IMG/VR virus record: IMGVR_UViG_3300008226_000156
From: a virus
Strand: one strand, 5' to 3'
Length of the DNA: 5,967 bases
This document shows positions 4,749 to 5,967 of the stretch, piece after piece. The position numbers were made by a program, and so were the translations under genes. The notes under the pieces are model-generated. The model did not search any database. It was not told where the DNA came from and worked only from the letters and a program-made list of their open reading frames with translations. The stretch's first letter is position 1; every line of letters starts with the position of its first letter.

Positions 4749-5967
4749 ATGATAGATAAGCTTGAACTAAGGATACCGTTTAAAGACGAGCATTGCATCT
4801 TCGCACCTGATCGCTCTAGCGCTGTTTTACCTAGTTTTGACAAGTACATTATTAATGATGGCTTAGAAACTCGCACAACTCGATCTATCGACCACGAATC
4901 AACAATTATTAATTCATTCGAAACTCACTCTTATGAATCTTTAGCTAGCTCTTTTTCAGGGGTTGCTTTCTGCATTATGAGCAAAGGTAATGGCGGTTAT
5001 CCGTTTCCTTATATTATGCTTAAATGTTCACCTGCAAAAATCCTTCAAGGGCATAATGTATTCGGCTTTGATGATCCTAAGCTTGGCTTTCTTGAGATGA
5101 TCGGCACGTTGTTAGAATCCTATCCTACTGTTTTTAATGATGTAGATTTTTTACGATCCGAACTAATGCAAATAGATTGCACGTATTTTTCTAGATTTGA
5201 AAATCAAGGTTTAGCAGAGCAGGCGATTAAAGCGCTCTCAACAACTTCTAACGGACAAATCAAAGGAAGATCAACTTTTGAAACTAGTGTTTATTGGAAT
5301 ACTGTGGGTGGTAGCTCTGGTCGTAGTGGCGGCTCTCACATAACACGGGTAGCATATTTAAAACTCCCAGAAGTAATGAACGAAATAGCAGAACTAGAAA
5401 AAGTAGTTAAAAAACTTGGAAGGCAAAAAAGCTGTAGTCTCTCGGATAATAAAAAACATAAAAGAACTTATGACAGGTTAAAATCTCTCAACTCAGTTAA
5501 AGATTATTGCGTTGGAATGGTAAGATTTGAAGGCCGCATAAAAGCTCGTAAACTTAGGGATTCGGGCATCCCAACAAACATGATTAAATTTATAAAATAC
5601 TGCTCTGATCGTAAAGAAAGCACGATTCAAGACTTATGGCACATGGCTTTCGATCCTATATTTAAGACCTTTGAAGGGCTAACACTTATGAAAACAGATG
5701 ATAAAAGTATTCTAGAATCAATTGAAAAAAATCTAGTAACTGTTAGTGATAAAGGTCGGGTTAACCGTAGGCGTGCAAATTCCGCGCGTGGTTTTTACTT
5801 TGAGTTGAAATCAATGGGTTATGCTTTCGTTAAATCTTCAACTCCTAGTAAAACATTTTATGACCGTTTTAATTCATTAATAGAATGTGGTCTTTCAAAA
5901 AGTTTTATCATGGCCATAGAAAATAATTCTTCTAATGTTGTCCCGTTAATTAGAGAAATTACAATTA
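4749..5967 (+). CDS. gII: Rolling-circle replication initiation protein (Ff gpII / Phage_CRI family), 5' part. The frame runs off the window end and continues at 1-248; 447 aa in total on the circle.
   Basis: Hand translation from ATG 4749 shows no stop through 5967, and the frame is continuous with the 66-248 ORF (5910 = 66 + 5844, same phase). It is absent from the ORF track only because no stop lies inside the window. N-terminus MIDKLELRIPF, and motifs LKCSPAKILQGHNVFG, IDCTYFSRF, SNGQIKGRS, ETSVYWN, VAYLK, MVRFEGRIKARKL, FKTFEG and SNVVPLIREI, match from memory the M13/f1 gpII motifs MIDMLVLRLPF, KASPAKVLQGHNVFG, VRFEARIKTRYL, FKAFEG and NNVVPLVRFI. Confidence 0.92.
   Translation, partial: MIDKLELRIPFKDEHCIFAPDRSSAVLPSFDKYIINDGLETRTTRSIDHESTIINSFETHSYESLASSFSGVAFCIMSKGNGGYPFPYIMLKCSPAKILQGHNVFGFDDPKLGFLEMIGTLLESYPTVFNDVDFLRSELMQIDCTYFSRFENQGLAEQAIKALSTTSNGQIKGRSTFETSVYWNTVGGSSGRSGGSHITRVAYLKLPEVMNEIAELEKVVKKLGRQKSCSLSDNKKHKRTYDRLKSLNSVKDYCVGMVRFEGRIKARKLRDSGIPTNMIKFIKYCSDRKESTIQDLWHMAFDPIFKTFEGLTLMKTDDKSILESIEKNLVTVSDKGRVNRRRANSARGFYFELKSMGYAFVKSSTPSKTFYDRFNSLIECGLSKSFIMAIENNSSNVVPLIREITI
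5688..5967 (+). CDS. gX: Candidate gX-like protein: in-frame internal start within gII, sharing its C-terminus (wraps to 248; about 134 aa)
   Basis: ATG 5688 is in the gII frame. It is preceded by GAAGGG (5672-5677) with 10 nt of spacing. In the alignment FEGLTLMKTDDKSILESI versus M13 FEGDSMNIYDDSAVLDAI, this Met falls at the same position as the M13 gene X start. Confidence 0.55.
   Translation, partial: MKTDDKSILESIEKNLVTVSDKGRVNRRRANSARGFYFELKSMGYAFVKSSTPSKTFYDRFNSLIECGLSKSFIMAIENNSSNVVPLIREITI
5845..5967. repeat. Terminal direct repeat, right copy; identical to 1-123
   Basis: Same 123-nt string as 1-123. This implies a 5,844-bp circular unit. Confidence 0.95.

Overview
The window is one complete, circularly permuted genome of a small filamentous ssDNA phage (Inoviridae). 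Bases 1-123 are identical to 5845-5967, so the unit length is 5,844 bp, and that junction closes a single replication-gene reading frame. All structural and replication genes are on the + strand and tightly packed. In order they are: gII-like rolling-circle initiator (4749 -> wraps -> 248) with a nested gX-like internal start (5688), gV-like ssDNA-binding protein (250-519), a 73-aa membrane ORF (525-746), a 47-aa signal-less major coat protein missing from the ORF track (758-901), and a rho-independent terminator (925-952). These are followed by a 554-aa cysteine-rich g3p-like adsorption protein (1169-2833), a g6p-position membrane protein (2835-3140) and a Zot/gI-type assembly ATPase (3145-4257). 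A comparatively GC-rich 230-bp hairpin-dense intergenic region (4258-4487) contains a hairpin whose loop and 3' flank closely resemble the Ff (+)-strand origin nick site. A divergent 66-aa XRE-type HTH regulator (4488-4688, minus strand) faces gII across a 60-bp region holding an 18-bp palindrome. No secretin (gIV), integrase or convincing dif-like attP is visible. The most unusual element is the adsorption protein: about 30 cysteines, repeated C-x2-G...C modules, Gly-rich linkers encoded by DNA tandem repeats, and a roughly 70-residue heptad (coiled-coil-like) segment. The genome also looks mosaic: Ff-like replication and origin, a Pf3-style signal-less coat, and a CTXphi-style divergent repressor.
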